The notes under the pieces are model-generated. The model saw only the letters and a program-made list of their open reading frames with translations. It was not told the DNA's origin and ran no database searches. Source: Octopus sinensis (taxonomy: Eukaryota). Taken from it: DNA of 64,000 bases. Of this stretch, positions 1 through 11,925 are shown piece by piece (the first letter of the stretch is position 1; the number at the start of each line of letters is the position of its first letter). The DNA is taken from NCBI RefSeq assembly GCF_006345805.1, contig NC_043011.1:59408464-59472463 (forward strand), read 5' to 3'. The position numbers and the translations under genes were made by a program.

Positions 1-582
1 TCTGAGTGGACTTTAGTCTCAGGATCATATTGATGGACACATGTTTCATCCTGTTGAAAAAGTATATATATACACATCGCGAAAAAGCCTGGGAGCAATG
101 AACTCGTACCTGCTTCTGAAAAGATTTTAACATCCCGGGAATCCACCATGCAGACAACTTCTACACGTGCAAGTGTTTGTGAATAAGTTATTTTCCACGG
201 GCTCTGCACTTATCTTCATTTCTTGGACAAGTTGCCGAATAGTTACTCGGTTATTCTCCAAAATGGTGGCTTCCAAATTATGAATGGTGTTGTCATCAAT
301 GGCGGAACGTGGTCGTCCAGGAATAGGAGCAGTTACCACCGAATTCTGACCACACTTGAACTGACGATGCCAGTGCTTGACTATGTCGTATGATGGTGCA
401 TCGTCACCATAAACTTCTTTCATCTCGTTTGGTTTACGACATTTCGAGTAAAACAACATGAGTACTGATCTGCATTCATTATAACACCTTAGTCGACTTC
501 TGCAGCCGCAAAAGAGAAACGAATTCTAGTGGAAACCTACAATTTACAAAGTGACATGTAGGCACATTTTTGATTATACCTG
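1..582 (-). mobile_element. Mariner-family transposon relic (5' part, runs off the left edge)
   Basis: ORF 127..459 reads EVYGDDAPSYDIVKHWHRQFKCG...PGRP...RVTIRQL, the mariner HTH region. Positions 1-126 continue in shifted frames to DET.VH.YDPETK, the first catalytic Asp motif. A possible terminus (TA)CAGGTATAATC is at 582-584. Confidence 0.85.
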
Positions 583-871
583 TACAAGTTCCGTTTCCTG
601 CAGTAACTGGAAGTGGGTCAGGGGAAATATTTGGTAAACAGCCCTCCTGTATCTACAAAACATACACAAACACACAACTGGCCCTCCCCAAGGCTTGCTT
701 TCAACAGCTTGGTTGGATATCACTGAGAGCTGACTGGGTGTATTTTTCTTACAGCAAAAATTTTTATCCTTCATAAAATACAGTGAACAGTTTTCTTAGC
801 CGTCGGACATCTCAAAGCATATATGAATTGCTAACACTTTTGTATGTATACACATCAGTGCTTAATGCAGT

Positions 872-927
<56 letters not shown>

Positions 928-1488
928 TATAAACACATATGTGGATATATTTATGTATGTATACACACATATTCGTGTGTATGCTTATATCTATGATCAA
1001 AACAAATAATAAGCCAAACTTTCTCTTTGCAGTCGTAGAAAGTTAACAAGAACTTGGAAGCAATTTTTAACGACTCTAAAAGAGGAAAGGAAAAAAGAAT
1101 TCGAGAAATTAAGCATTTATCTCAGAAATTCAATTTACACACTTAGGAGACAGGTTACTCTTTATAGCGAAACACATATAAAGACGTATATCGGTCGATT
1201 AAATTTATCCACCATACTGAGTCGACGAAGATTGTTCTTTTTTTAATTATCTTACTCATTTAGTATATCATGCTTTCGCATATTCGTTGAAAAACCTGCT
1301 AATATTACGTTTATTACCCTTCGTTGATTTTATTACTTTTCAATTATGTAAATTACGTTGGCCAAAACTCGTTTGAAGCCTTGCGGTTTCTAGTTGGGAT
1401 CCCATCTGTAACGCCATCTGTAACGCCCGGCCTACCGATGTAATGGGAATCGATTTCGTTGACGAAACTGCGTGGAAGCCACCATACA

Positions 1489-1521
<33 letters not shown>

Positions 1522-1523
<2 letters not shown>

Positions 1524-1903
1524 CGCAGGAGTGGCTGTGTGGTAAGTAGCTTGCTTACCAACCACATGGTTTCGGGTTCAATCCCACTGCGTGGCACTTT
1601 GGGTAAGTGTCTTTGGGCAAGTGTCTTCGACTATAGCCTCGGGCCGACCAAACCTTGTGAGTGAATTTGGTAGACGGAAACTGAAAGAAGCCCGTCGTAT
1701 ATATGTTTATGTATGTATATATATGTGTGTGTTTGTGTGTGTGTGTATATGTGGGGTCCTTGTGCCCCCTGATTTCATCGCTTGGCAAACGTGAACGATA
1801 TAATGAGCACCGAATTTAAACTAAATACTGGGATCACTTATGTCCCTTTAAGGTTGATTTCCAGCATGGCCACAATCCAATGACCGAAGCAGGAAAATAT
1901 AAA
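1522..1903 (+). mobile_element. tRNA-headed SINE, family A (CORE-like, internal microsatellite)
   Basis: Box A TGGCTGTGTGGT, box B GGTTCAATCCC, CORE-like TTGGGCAAGTGTCTT, internal TA/TG tract and CCAGCATGGCC tail. Near-identical copies occur elsewhere in the window. Confidence 0.85.
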
Positions 1904-2431
1904 ATATATATCTAGTAGACAAAATCATGTCCTCACTTGTTACCCCGTTGCCATTAAGCCACAGTTATGCTTTCTTTGCGTTTCGAAGATTTTATTTCAA
2001 GTGATTCAATATTTCTTTCTTAAGTCCGTCTCCCCTTGTCTTCTATGGTCTCGAACAGCTTTCGGTAGGTGTTTGTATATCTCTTCCAATTAAGAGAAAA
2101 AACGTTAAATAATTGCATATACCAATTAGTACTTTGATCCTTAAGTGTCGTGTGTGTGCTTATATGTGCGCAGTATGTGTGTATGTGTGCGTGAGTGCGT
2201 GGGTGCAAGCGTGTGCTAATTTCGGAATTACTGCATTGAAGAAATTCCAGGGAAAAACAACAAGACATTTACGAATTCGTGTGCTCAATACAAAAAAAAT
2301 ACAGTCAAATTTATTATAAACTTTCTTTTAAATAAGATCCCTCGTGTCACGAAACAAGGTACTGAGACAGATTAGTTAAATAATTAACTTTTATTCACAC
2401 TGCATTCCATGTGTACTCGCGTGTATATATG

Positions 2432-2463
<32 letters not shown>

Positions 2464-2734
2464 ATATATATGATTGTGTGTATTCGTGTGCATCTATGTA
2501 TATGCATACATAAGTGTGCGTGTGTGTGTTAACACACATATATGTAAATATGTATACGTTTATGCCAATAAATATGTGTATATATGTATGCATAATGTAA
2601 TTGACTTTATGAATTTAGATGCGTATATATTTATACATATATACATGCATACACGTACATATATGCTTACATATGCATATGTATAAGTATGCATGTGTGT
2701 GTATGTTTTGTATGTGTATGTATATGTATATATC

Positions 2735-2918
2735 CGTGATCACCGAGACCGACCAGGCTATCAGAGTACAGCAGGGGTCACCACCACCCTTGTCGTAGCC
2801 TCGTCGAGCTTTAGGTGTTTTCGCTCAATAAATACTCACAACACCCGGTTTGGGAATCGAAACTGCGATCCTACGACCGCGAGTCCACTGCCCTAACCAG
2901 TGGGCCATTGCGCCTCCA
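2735..2918 (-). mobile_element. SINE family B head joined to a short non-B tail (copy 1)
   Basis: Reverse complement begins GGAGGCGCAATGGCCCACTGGTTAGGG (box A) ... GTTTCGATTCCC (box B), matching the copies at 35092, 35932 and 40212. It diverges after CCTGCTGTACT. Confidence 0.8.
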
Positions 2919-2972
2919 TATGTATATACATATATATACATATATATGTATATGTATACATATATATATATG

Positions 2973-3003
<31 letters not shown>

Positions 3004-3042
3004 TTACGTATGTATGTATTTACGTCTGCATGCATATATATA

Positions 3043-3091
<49 letters not shown>

Positions 3092-3351
3092 TGTGTGTAT
3101 TCGTGTGCATCTATGTATATGCATACATAAGTGTGCGTGTGTGTGTTAACACACATATATGTAAATATGTATACGTTTATGCCAATAAATATGTGTATAT
3201 ATGTATGCATAATGTAATTGACTTTATGAATTTAGATGTGTATATATTTATACATATATACATGCATACACGTACATATATGCTTACATATGCATATGTA
3301 TAAGTATGCATGTGTGTGTATGTTTTGTATGTGTATGTATATGTATATATC

Positions 3352-3535
3352 CGTGATCACCGAGACCGAACAGGCTATCAGAGTACAGCAGGGGTCACCA
3401 CCACCCTTGTCGTAGCCTCGTCGAGCTTTAGGTGTTTTCGCTCAATAAATACTCACAACACCCGGTTTGGGAATCGAAACTGCGATCCTACGACCGCGAG
3501 TCCACTGCCCTAACCAGTGGGCCATTGCGCCTCCA
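3352..3535 (-). mobile_element. SINE family B head joined to a short non-B tail (copy 2, inside the duplication)
   Basis: Duplicate of 2735-2918. Confidence 0.8.
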
Positions 3536-3589
3536 TATGTATATACATATATAGACATATATATGTATATGTATACATATATATATATG

Positions 3590-3622
<33 letters not shown>

Positions 3623-3652
3623 TTACGTATGTATGTATTTACGTCTGCATGC

Positions 3653-3735
<83 letters not shown>

Positions 3736-5001
3736 TGTATTTAAGCATCTTTCAATTTCTGTTCCCTCATTTATTTGCCTTACTCGAGTTACTCTCTAAT
3801 TAATGACCTCACGTTGCTGTTTCAAATTGCAAATGTAATTTACCTCCAATGTGTATGTACAGCGACAACTAATTGAAATGAATTAAAATGGGTTGAACTT
3901 TCGGCACGCTCTTCGAGTGCGGAGGAGATAAATTTTAGATTTACGACGTTTGCCCACTTGCACGCAGTAATTTATATTCATATAAAAGTATTAATTCGTT
4001 TAAGCATGTCTTATAAGATTTCAAGGAAAGATAAAATATTGAGCTACAGACCCCACATTGTTCTTCAATTATTATTATTATTATTAATTACGCTCTTGTC
4101 AATAGCCGGTATAATTGCATACATATATATACATATATATATATATATATCGCACTGTTTCTTATATATGATTCGCTCTTTCAGTTTGCGAGCTTTTCCT
4201 CTTAGATATTTACAATTGCATAGGAACGTATACGAATATCTAATATGTATATATTTACATAAATTTACATATTGTAATTAACACATTGACAACTCACAAA
4301 TTGATACACCGGAAGAATAGGCAATAAATTATAGATGTAGTGTGTAATTGTTAAATATATATATATGAATATATATAAATGTCTATAAAAACACACACGC
4401 ACATATATGTCTATATAAGATGGAGTTTAATCGTTGATTATATAGGCACAATTGTCGGACGATGTCGATTTGACAGCGACACTTAGAAAGTGTTTATATT
4501 GATTGCATTGTAGACATCTGAAGATATCGACTAGATCGATAGAGTTTACGTGAAAATCGATAAAGCCGGAACATACAACCTGAACATGTTGACCTGCCGT
4601 TAATAGAAGTCTATTAAATACCCTGAAATTGTCGATTCAATGGACACCACACGTGTATTTCAAAGTCGACCTTCTATAAAGATAGTTTATAAACAGCTAA
4701 CTCGATCTTTAAGCACCAATTAAGCAATGTACGTAAACGAATTATGCTCTGTGTAATATACCAGTAGCTGATTGTACCTTAAATGATATGCGTATGTATA
4801 TATGTACCACCCTATCTCTCTCTCTCTCTCTATCTCTTTCTCTCTCTCTCTCTTTATCTATCTATCTATCTACCTTATCTATCTATCTATCAATCTATCT
4901 ATCTTGTATGTGTGTGCGTATGTGCGTGTGTGTGTATACGTATGCATATATACGTACACACGTATACATTGAGTGTGTTAGAGAACATTAAATCAACCAG
5001 A

Positions 5002-5116
5002 ATCTTCTGATGAGGAAAACGTGATTTAGCTTCGCGCATCTATAATAATTCGTGATATTCCATAAACATATGATATATGGAGTCACCCATGAGTTATCCG
5101 AAACAGCTGTAAAGAT
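5002..5116 (+). ncRNA. Type I hammerhead ribozyme motif with long helix II and palindromic helix III
   Basis: Helix I ATCTT(5002-6)/AAGAT(5112-16); core CTGATGA(5007-13); helix II GGAAAAC(5014-20)/GTTATCC(5093-99), 6 of 7 pairs; GAA(5100-02); helix III ACAGCTGT(5103-10); H17 = A5111 (GUA site). Confidence 0.7.
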
Positions 5117-5139
5117 AAGGTGGAAGAGGCGTGAGAGGC

Positions 5140-5311
5140 GGTGTATGTCGATTACATTGACACAAGTGCTTCACTACTACTTATTTCATCGCCCCCAAAG
5201 TGATGCGAGTCAAAGTCGATCATGGAGGGATTTGAACACAGAACGTCAAGACGGACAAACTACCACTAAGCATTTTCCCCTGCGTACTAACGATTCTGCC
5301 ACCTCGACACC
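5140..5311 (-). mobile_element. Diverged SINE family D (Meta-domain-like)
   Basis: Reverse complement matches the GGCAGAATCGTTAG...CTTAG...GTTCTG.GTTCAAAT.CC...GACTTTG family-D consensus seen in other copies. Confidence 0.65.
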
Positions 5312-5384
5312 TTTGACCCTCACGAACATTGAGATCTCACGTTTGGGTTTTTCCTTATTATTCTAGATACATGCTACTGCTTTT

Positions 5385-6250
5385 TAAAAGTTGTGTGATG
5401 TGATAATGAAGGATGACTGGATCTTGGACTCATCTGCAATGATTCTTATGTTGCTCTGCTTGATGATGTCAGTAATTAATTTCATTGATGTAAATGATGA
5501 AAAGAAATGGGCCCAACACAGTGCCTTGTCGAATACCATTGCTGAATTTGACTGGGCTTGATTTGACTCCTTCGACTACAACATGTTGAGTTCTGCCTGT
5601 CAGGAAACACTTGATCCATTGTAGTATCATTCTGGAGACACCAATGCTGGATAGCTTTTTCAAAAGGATCTTATGATCCACCCTGTCAAAGGCCTCTCCC
5701 AAAGCTCTCAAAATGTCCAGGTGATGCAGGGACTGCATTAGGCAGTTATTTCCATTAAGGAACCCATGTTGGTTGGGGTTCAGCATTCTGTTGCTTGCAA
5801 TAAAGTGGTCCATCCGTGGTCTTACCACCTTCTCAAATACATTGATAGCATGAGAGGTGAGCGAGATCGGCCGGTAGTTAACTGCATGGAACGTGGTTCT
5901 CTTTTCGATATCTGGGACAACTGAGAGGGTCAGAGAGTTTTCAGGAGTATAACCAGCATCCGGTGAATTCCTCCACAGATTAGCAAGAGGAGATGCAAGT
6001 TTGTGTCGACACACCTTCAGGGCACAAGCAGGAAGCTTATCAAGGCCTACTGCTGAATTGTGTATTATTTCGTTTCTTGCCACTAAGGTATCAGGGGCGT
6101 CAAACATTGTGTCCGATATCGTGTGTTGTGGATTAATATCACTGATACAGTCCAGATCGGCCACATCAAGATTGCTAAAAGCAAAGCCGTAGTGAATTTG
6201 CAGTATTTAACTCATGTCTTCGCATTATCTTGGAGAGTGCAATTTTCATC
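5385..6250 (-). mobile_element. Non-LTR retrotransposon RT fragment (CR1/Jockey-like), decayed
   Basis: ORF 5469..6164 has NYRPISLTS, NQHGF, AFDRVDH and G.RQGTVLGP.LF.IYIN. After the stop it continues as IRIIADESKIQ, a degenerate FADD motif. The region before AFD is deleted. Confidence 0.9.
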
Positions 6251-6509
6251 AACTAGAAGACGAAAAGTGAAGACAGCGACCTTGTGTATTTTCGTAAAAA
6301 AGAATACTTTGGAGCTGAGTTTGATTTTCTCAACGGCCCAATTCTCTTTCGCTGTTCTTTGCTTATAGCTGACGGTCTTCATGTATTGTTGAAGGCTATA
6401 TATATATTTTTATTCGAGCAGGGTGTTAGCCGTTTGTTATATATAGAGAGATCTATGTATTTATATACATATATATATATATATACGTACACACGTATAC
6501 ACTATGTAA

Positions 6510-6549
<40 letters not shown>

Positions 6550-6566
6550 ATAAACATATATATATA

Positions 6567-6604
<38 letters not shown>

Positions 6605-7104
6605 AATATATATATGAACACACAAATATACACTATGTTTATATATATATATATGCGCGTGTGTGTATGTAACCTCACGTGCTTCTTTGTATGCTAGTGT
6701 GTGTGTGTGTCTGTGTGTGTGTGTGTCTGTGTGTGCGTCTTACTACCACCTTTACACACACACACGCAAGATGAAATAATATGCACATCTTTGTATCGTG
6801 TAACAGGGAAAGCACTTACTCTGCCGCGTTAGAGGAAGTAAACATGTATCTCTTTCCTAATATAAGGAATTTCATGAATACAAAATTAAATCTAAATCTT
6901 TATAGAGGACGGCATGTTATATAAAGCGGTAATTGTGAAAGTATTGTAAAACAATCTGTGATTGTTATGTCAAAGACGCACTGAAAAAGTTAAAGAAAAT
7001 ATTTGCTTGTGTCAAAGCCATGTCATAGAAATGGAAAATAGCAACCTAACTGAAAACCCTGATTTCACGGGCTAGTGTGAAACCAATCTCAATATAAAAC
7101 AGAT

Positions 7105-7321
7105 GGAGGCGGTGCGTTGGCTCACCGCGAAAGATGTTAAGCAGCTTGTCGTCCTGTCTTTATGTTCTGAATTCAAATTCCGCTGAGGTCAACTTTGCCT
7201 GCCTTTTATCTTCGTGGGGTCGATAAAATATGTATCAGTTGATCACCGGGATCAATGTAATCGACAACCCTCCTCTCCTCTAAAATTGCTGGTCTTGTGC
7301 CAAAGTTTGAACCCAATAATT
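7105..7321 (+). mobile_element. SINE family D, tail type 2
   Basis: GTTCTGAATTCAAATTCCGC.GAGGTCAACTTTGCC...GGGGTCGATAAA, ending in AAATTGCTGGTCTTGTGCCAAAGTTTGAA. Confidence 0.75.
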
Positions 7322-7789
7322 AACTTTACGGATTAGTAAGTTTTTTTTAAGGAAATCATGTTTGATCATTTTTAATAATATTCTGGCAATATAGATCGGT
7401 TTATTGAATATGGAACTTCATAAACGCACCTTACTAGCATACAGGTGGTAGTGATATTACATAAATCCATGATTGGAAATATGTATGTAAAACCACAGAA
7501 ACGGTTCAAGACAAGGCTTTGGAACGCTGAAGGATCGAGAAATGTTTGTCCATTCTGACCCTATCTTCAGCATCCTAAATACTGACATTTATCAGTTTAG
7601 GGACAGTAACCGGAAAACAATATATGTAAAAGGTTCAAAGGTTCTACTGTATTTATTTTTGTCTGTTTTTTTTCGAATTGAAACCTTTATTTTATCAGTA
7701 TTTTCTCTCCATCCATCATTTCCCACCACTATTCTCGGGGTTTTGGTCATGAAGGATAGAATCGTCACGCGTCTTCTCCACGGGGTTCT

Positions 7790-8105
7790 ACCAAAAGGAA
7801 CCGTCCGATTAGATTTTATAAGTGTGACCAACTCAGACTGTAGATCCAACCATTTCGTTCTTGGTCTACCTCCAGGTCTCCTACCAGTTGGCTCGGCTTG
7901 CAGAATCCGTCTTGCGATCCTTCCCTCCAGCATTCTAATCACATTTCCGGAGAAGTAGTGACTCGACTCGGAAAGATTCCATGATCTTCCAGCTACGCCC
8001 TGCGTCGTCCAGTATCGTATCTCCGGAGATCATTCAGGAGAACGGCTTTTCACCTCTTTGTATTAGTGACTCACTCTAAAATCTCTAGGGTATCCTTCTC
8101 TTTTT
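7790..8105 (-). mobile_element. RTE-clade LINE 3' ORF fragment
   Basis: G(N)VIRMLEGRIARRILQAEPTGRRPGGRPRTKWLD matches the typical RTE C-terminal GHV.RM...RP.GRP..RW.D motif. Confidence 0.8.
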
Positions 8106-9008
8106 AAGAATTAGGTCCAGTCTCTACCTTTTCTATTTCTCTGCTACTTTATGTTTCTGGTTTGAACAGTAACACAAACCCCTAAACCTAAACCGGAAGA
8201 AAGGCACGAAATACTTGTTTGATGCTTAATTGTCCACGAGGGAGCCCTCTACGTAGCAGTTTGACATGCTATAACTAACAACCAAACTCCATTAAATCCC
8301 TTAATACCGCATACCATAAAAAATACAATAAAGAATGTACTCCTAGATTTTCAAACATGTTGGGATTGCCACAACTGGAACGTCTTATTTTATTAACATA
8401 CGAAGATGTGTATCTCAATCAGCTCTTACAGGATTTCAACTGAGTAGTTTGTTATCCGTGGCGATTTAACATTTGAAACTTCAACATAAATAGCAAAAGT
8501 TTAATGTAACTAAACCACAACTTTCTCTTATCAACCATCTACCACTCTTTTACCTCAATTAAATTGAAAATAAAACCATTAAATTATTCAGCACACATAT
8601 ACTTCTGTGTATATTGATAAATTAAAATCACTATTATAAGATTTTTTACATAAATTCATTTCCGGATATTTTCTGCCAATGTTTATGCCATTATATATTC
8701 ACAGTGTATAATTTGACCAATAAATATTATTTATGCATGCATACTAGCATTAATGCGCTTTGGAAATATAAACTATATGAGTAATTGCCTTCTTTCATTA
8801 TCGAATGATTTTTGCATATTAAGTTTTGCATTAAACTTATAATATCTTAAACTCATATTTAGAAATCAATTAATTAATATATTAATTCGATATATTTTTT
8901 TTAATATCTCATTTTTTTTTTCTTTTCGACTGTTTTGTGATTCCAAAATTCTAACTGAATCAATTGCTTTTCCAACACTAACTTTGCACATTATTTACAT
9001 TATTTACA

Positions 9009-9135
9009 TTTGACGGATATTTGTCCTCATCTTGTTTGTTGTTAACACAACGTTTCGGCGGATATACCTTCCAGCCTTCATCAGGTGTCTAGGGGAAATT
9101 TCGAACATCGGTTCTCATTCCTAAGATATGTTTCC
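9009..9135 (-). mobile_element. Penelope-like terminal (pLTR-type) fragment carrying a hammerhead motif
   Basis: Contains CCTGATGAAGGC...GCCGAAACG on the minus strand, a hallmark of Penelope-like element termini. It is adjacent to an (ATT)n tract. Confidence 0.55.
9044..9089 (-). ncRNA. Minimal type I hammerhead ribozyme motif (helix III reduced to the palindrome ACGT)
   Basis: Minus strand reads GACAC-CTGATGA-A-GGCTG-gaaggtatat-CCGCC-GAA-ACGT-T-GTGTT. Helix I has 5 bp (one G-U). Helix II has GGC/GCC plus a distal G-C pair and one mismatch; the A after CTGATGA has no partner, so the canonical 10.1-11.1 closure is imperfect. Confidence 0.55.
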
Positions 9136-9139
9136 GCTA

Positions 9140-9188
9140 TTGTTATTATTATCATCATCGTTATTATTATTATTATTATTATTATTAA

Positions 9189-9278
<90 letters not shown>

Positions 9279-9295
9279 CATCATCATTATTATCA
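9140..9295. repeat. (ATT)n/(ATC)n trinucleotide microsatellite
   Basis: Direct reading. It is the source of the poly-I/L/N ORFs. Confidence 0.98.
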
Positions 9296-9805
9296 CTGCT
9301 TGGTATGTATGTATGTATTTTGTATGCATGCACGTATTGCGGGATACATGGCGAGATTCTGCGCATCAAATCCCACTGAAGGGGCCATAATGAAAGGCAA
9401 ACCTCTAAAATACCTAACAATCATCCTGAACGATTACAAGAAGCAGAAGGACCCTGTCGATGGAAACTGTACATTTTAACCACCCCCCCACTCACCCCCA
9501 CTCAGCCCTACCACAATCATCAATCCAGAACACACAAACGTAGGTGTTTATATGCATATTTAACAAATACTCTGAATTTCAGCAGAATTATTTTGTTCGA
9601 AGTGCAGTGACAAATGAATTCAAAGTATCTTTTTGATATCGACCTGGTAGAATTTCTTTCTCACATTGCGAACGAATCTTTACGTATTTCTTCTAAGTAT
9701 GACATTAGAGCGAAGCGGGTTCGAAATAAGAATTGCATCGTCCTGCTCCGGTGTCACAATCTGTTTCTTCATAAATACATATATACATACATATATACAT
9801 ACATA

Positions 9806-9893
<88 letters not shown>

Positions 9894-10159
9894 TCCCTTC
9901 TTTCCTGAGCGTCCAATAATACTTTATTTGTTCCTCGTACTCGCGTTGTTGTGTTTTTTTTGTGTTTTCTTGTTTGGATTAACTTTATATATATATAAAC
10001 ACACACTTATATATATATATATATACATACATGTACGTATATGTAAATACATATACATACATATATATATAATAAAATTTATGTGTATGGATGTGTGTAT
10101 GTATCTGACTCCCTTCCTTTATCTTTCTCTCTCTCCCCCACTCTCTCTCTCTAGACATT

Positions 10160-10211
<52 letters not shown>

Positions 10212-10721
10212 AATATAAACATATGTATATGTGCATGTATGTAGCTAAATATATCTATATCTATATCTATATCTATCTATCTATCTATCCATCTATCTCT
10301 CTCTCTATATATATATATGTATATGTATATATATATTTATGTATGTGTGTATGTATGTATGTATGTATTATGTGTGTAGGTACGTATGCATGTATGTATG
10401 CATCTATGTAGATATGTATGAAGTTTTGTTAATCGTCTTTTACCAATAAAATGTATCTCATGTGTATGTATATTGGTCGCTGTGTGTTTCTGTGTCTCTT
10501 TTTTATTTATTTCCTCCTTCGACTGGAATTTGTCATTTCATTGTCATCGATTACTTTAGTTGAAATTTTTCAAACTGAAGTTTTATGGACGCCGTGGTGA
10601 TGAGTTTTATTAGATTCTACGTTTTATTATATTGAACATAAGTTGATTTATGCATTAATATACATATACATACACATATATGAATATATGTGTGTGTGTG
10701 TGTGTGTGTGTGTCACGGTAT

Positions 10722-10776
<55 letters not shown>

Positions 10777-10903
10777 TGTATTTAAAGGGATAGAGAGACG
10801 TTATATATACGACTTTAAATATTATTGTATGTATACATTTATATAGCTATATACACACATATATATGTGTATGTATATTTATGTATGACGACATATATAA
10901 ATG

Positions 10904-10934
<31 letters not shown>

Positions 10935-11925
10935 TATATATATAGTCAGACATATTGAGATATAAATATACAAGAGCATGTTTTTTTTGTGTGTGTCTAT
11001 ATTTTGCTATAACTAAATATACGATATACATGCATGCCCACACATATAAACACAAGTACACACACACACACGCGCGTATATATGTGTGTGTGTGTATGTA
11101 TATTATGTTATTTTTTATTAGCTGTTGTAGTGGTCGCAGACAGTGATGTGAAATAATAGAGTAAGATAAAACTTTATAGATTGGCTATATTTCGTGTTGC
11201 ATTATAGCAATAGGTGGTATTGTCTTCGATACAGTGTTGTGTTTTGAGTGCTTCCATGTTTCCAATATCGTTATTCGTCAAGGGTGTAACATTATTCCAA
11301 TCATTCTATATATTTTCCATGTTAACAGCACGAAATGTTTTTTCTTACATATATATATATATATAATCATTTCATGTGTGGACGTCTCCACCTAGCAGCA
11401 CACACACTGTAGATGTAAATATATCGGCGAAATGGTTGCATGATTGTCGGTCAGCTAAGCTGAAACAGATCTATATAGCATGGAGCTGATCGATTGATGT
11501 CTTAGAAGCAGCCACCAGTTCCGATAATCCAAACGTACTGCTATAAGATTTCTAATAAATTGGTTTCGGTTGAAACCCATCGTTTGTTTGGCTTTCTAGT
11601 GGTGGCCATCTCCACTGTTTGTATTGGGATGCATACTGATTCTGATATTTAGAGGGCTTAAGAATTATGATGTTTCTTTTAAAACATGTATTAATGGCGC
11701 TGTTCCAACTAGCATCAGTGAACAGGATTTAGACGTATAAACAAAAGCGGTTTAAATGTGGCCATTCCCTTTGGTATAAGTACGATTATTATGGCCCACG
11801 TGATTTTTAGAGTTTGAGAGAGATGTAGCTGCCGTTTCATTGGCTCGGAAAATTGTTGATAGCTTGTATGACGAACTTAGTGTCTAGCCAAATCAGAAAC
11901 TTCAACATGGTAACTCAATCATCTA

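Larger units (their letters stand above)
2471..3653. repeat. 617-bp tandem segmental duplication (2471-3034 / 3088-3653) separated by (TA)n
   Basis: Duplicated ORFs at a constant 617 offset (2474/3091, 2693/3310). Only a few substitutions and microsatellite length differences. Confidence 0.95.

Noticed and set aside
1522-1600. tRNA-like box A/box B segments here and in other SINE heads
   Set aside because: They do not form a full cloverleaf with an acceptor stem and continue into SINE bodies, so they are not tRNA genes.
4518-4545. CTGAAGA followed by a perfect TATCGA/TCGATA hairpin
   Set aside because: The hairpin is followed by GAGT rather than GAAA and no helix I or III is found, so it is not a hammerhead.
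5469-6164. 231-aa reverse-transcriptase ORF as a functional gene
   Set aside because: It has an internal deletion, a stop before the catalytic motif, and that motif is degenerate (IADE). It is a dead LINE fragment.
8177-8195. CCCTAAACCTAAACC telomere-like motif
   Set aside because: Only about two imperfect units, so it is not an interstitial telomeric array.
9330-9478. Short GC-richer frame (MARFCASNPTEGAIMKGKPLKYLTIILNDYKKQKDPVDGNCTF)
   Set aside because: No splice acceptor or recognisable domain, and under 55 codons. It may be a transposon scrap.
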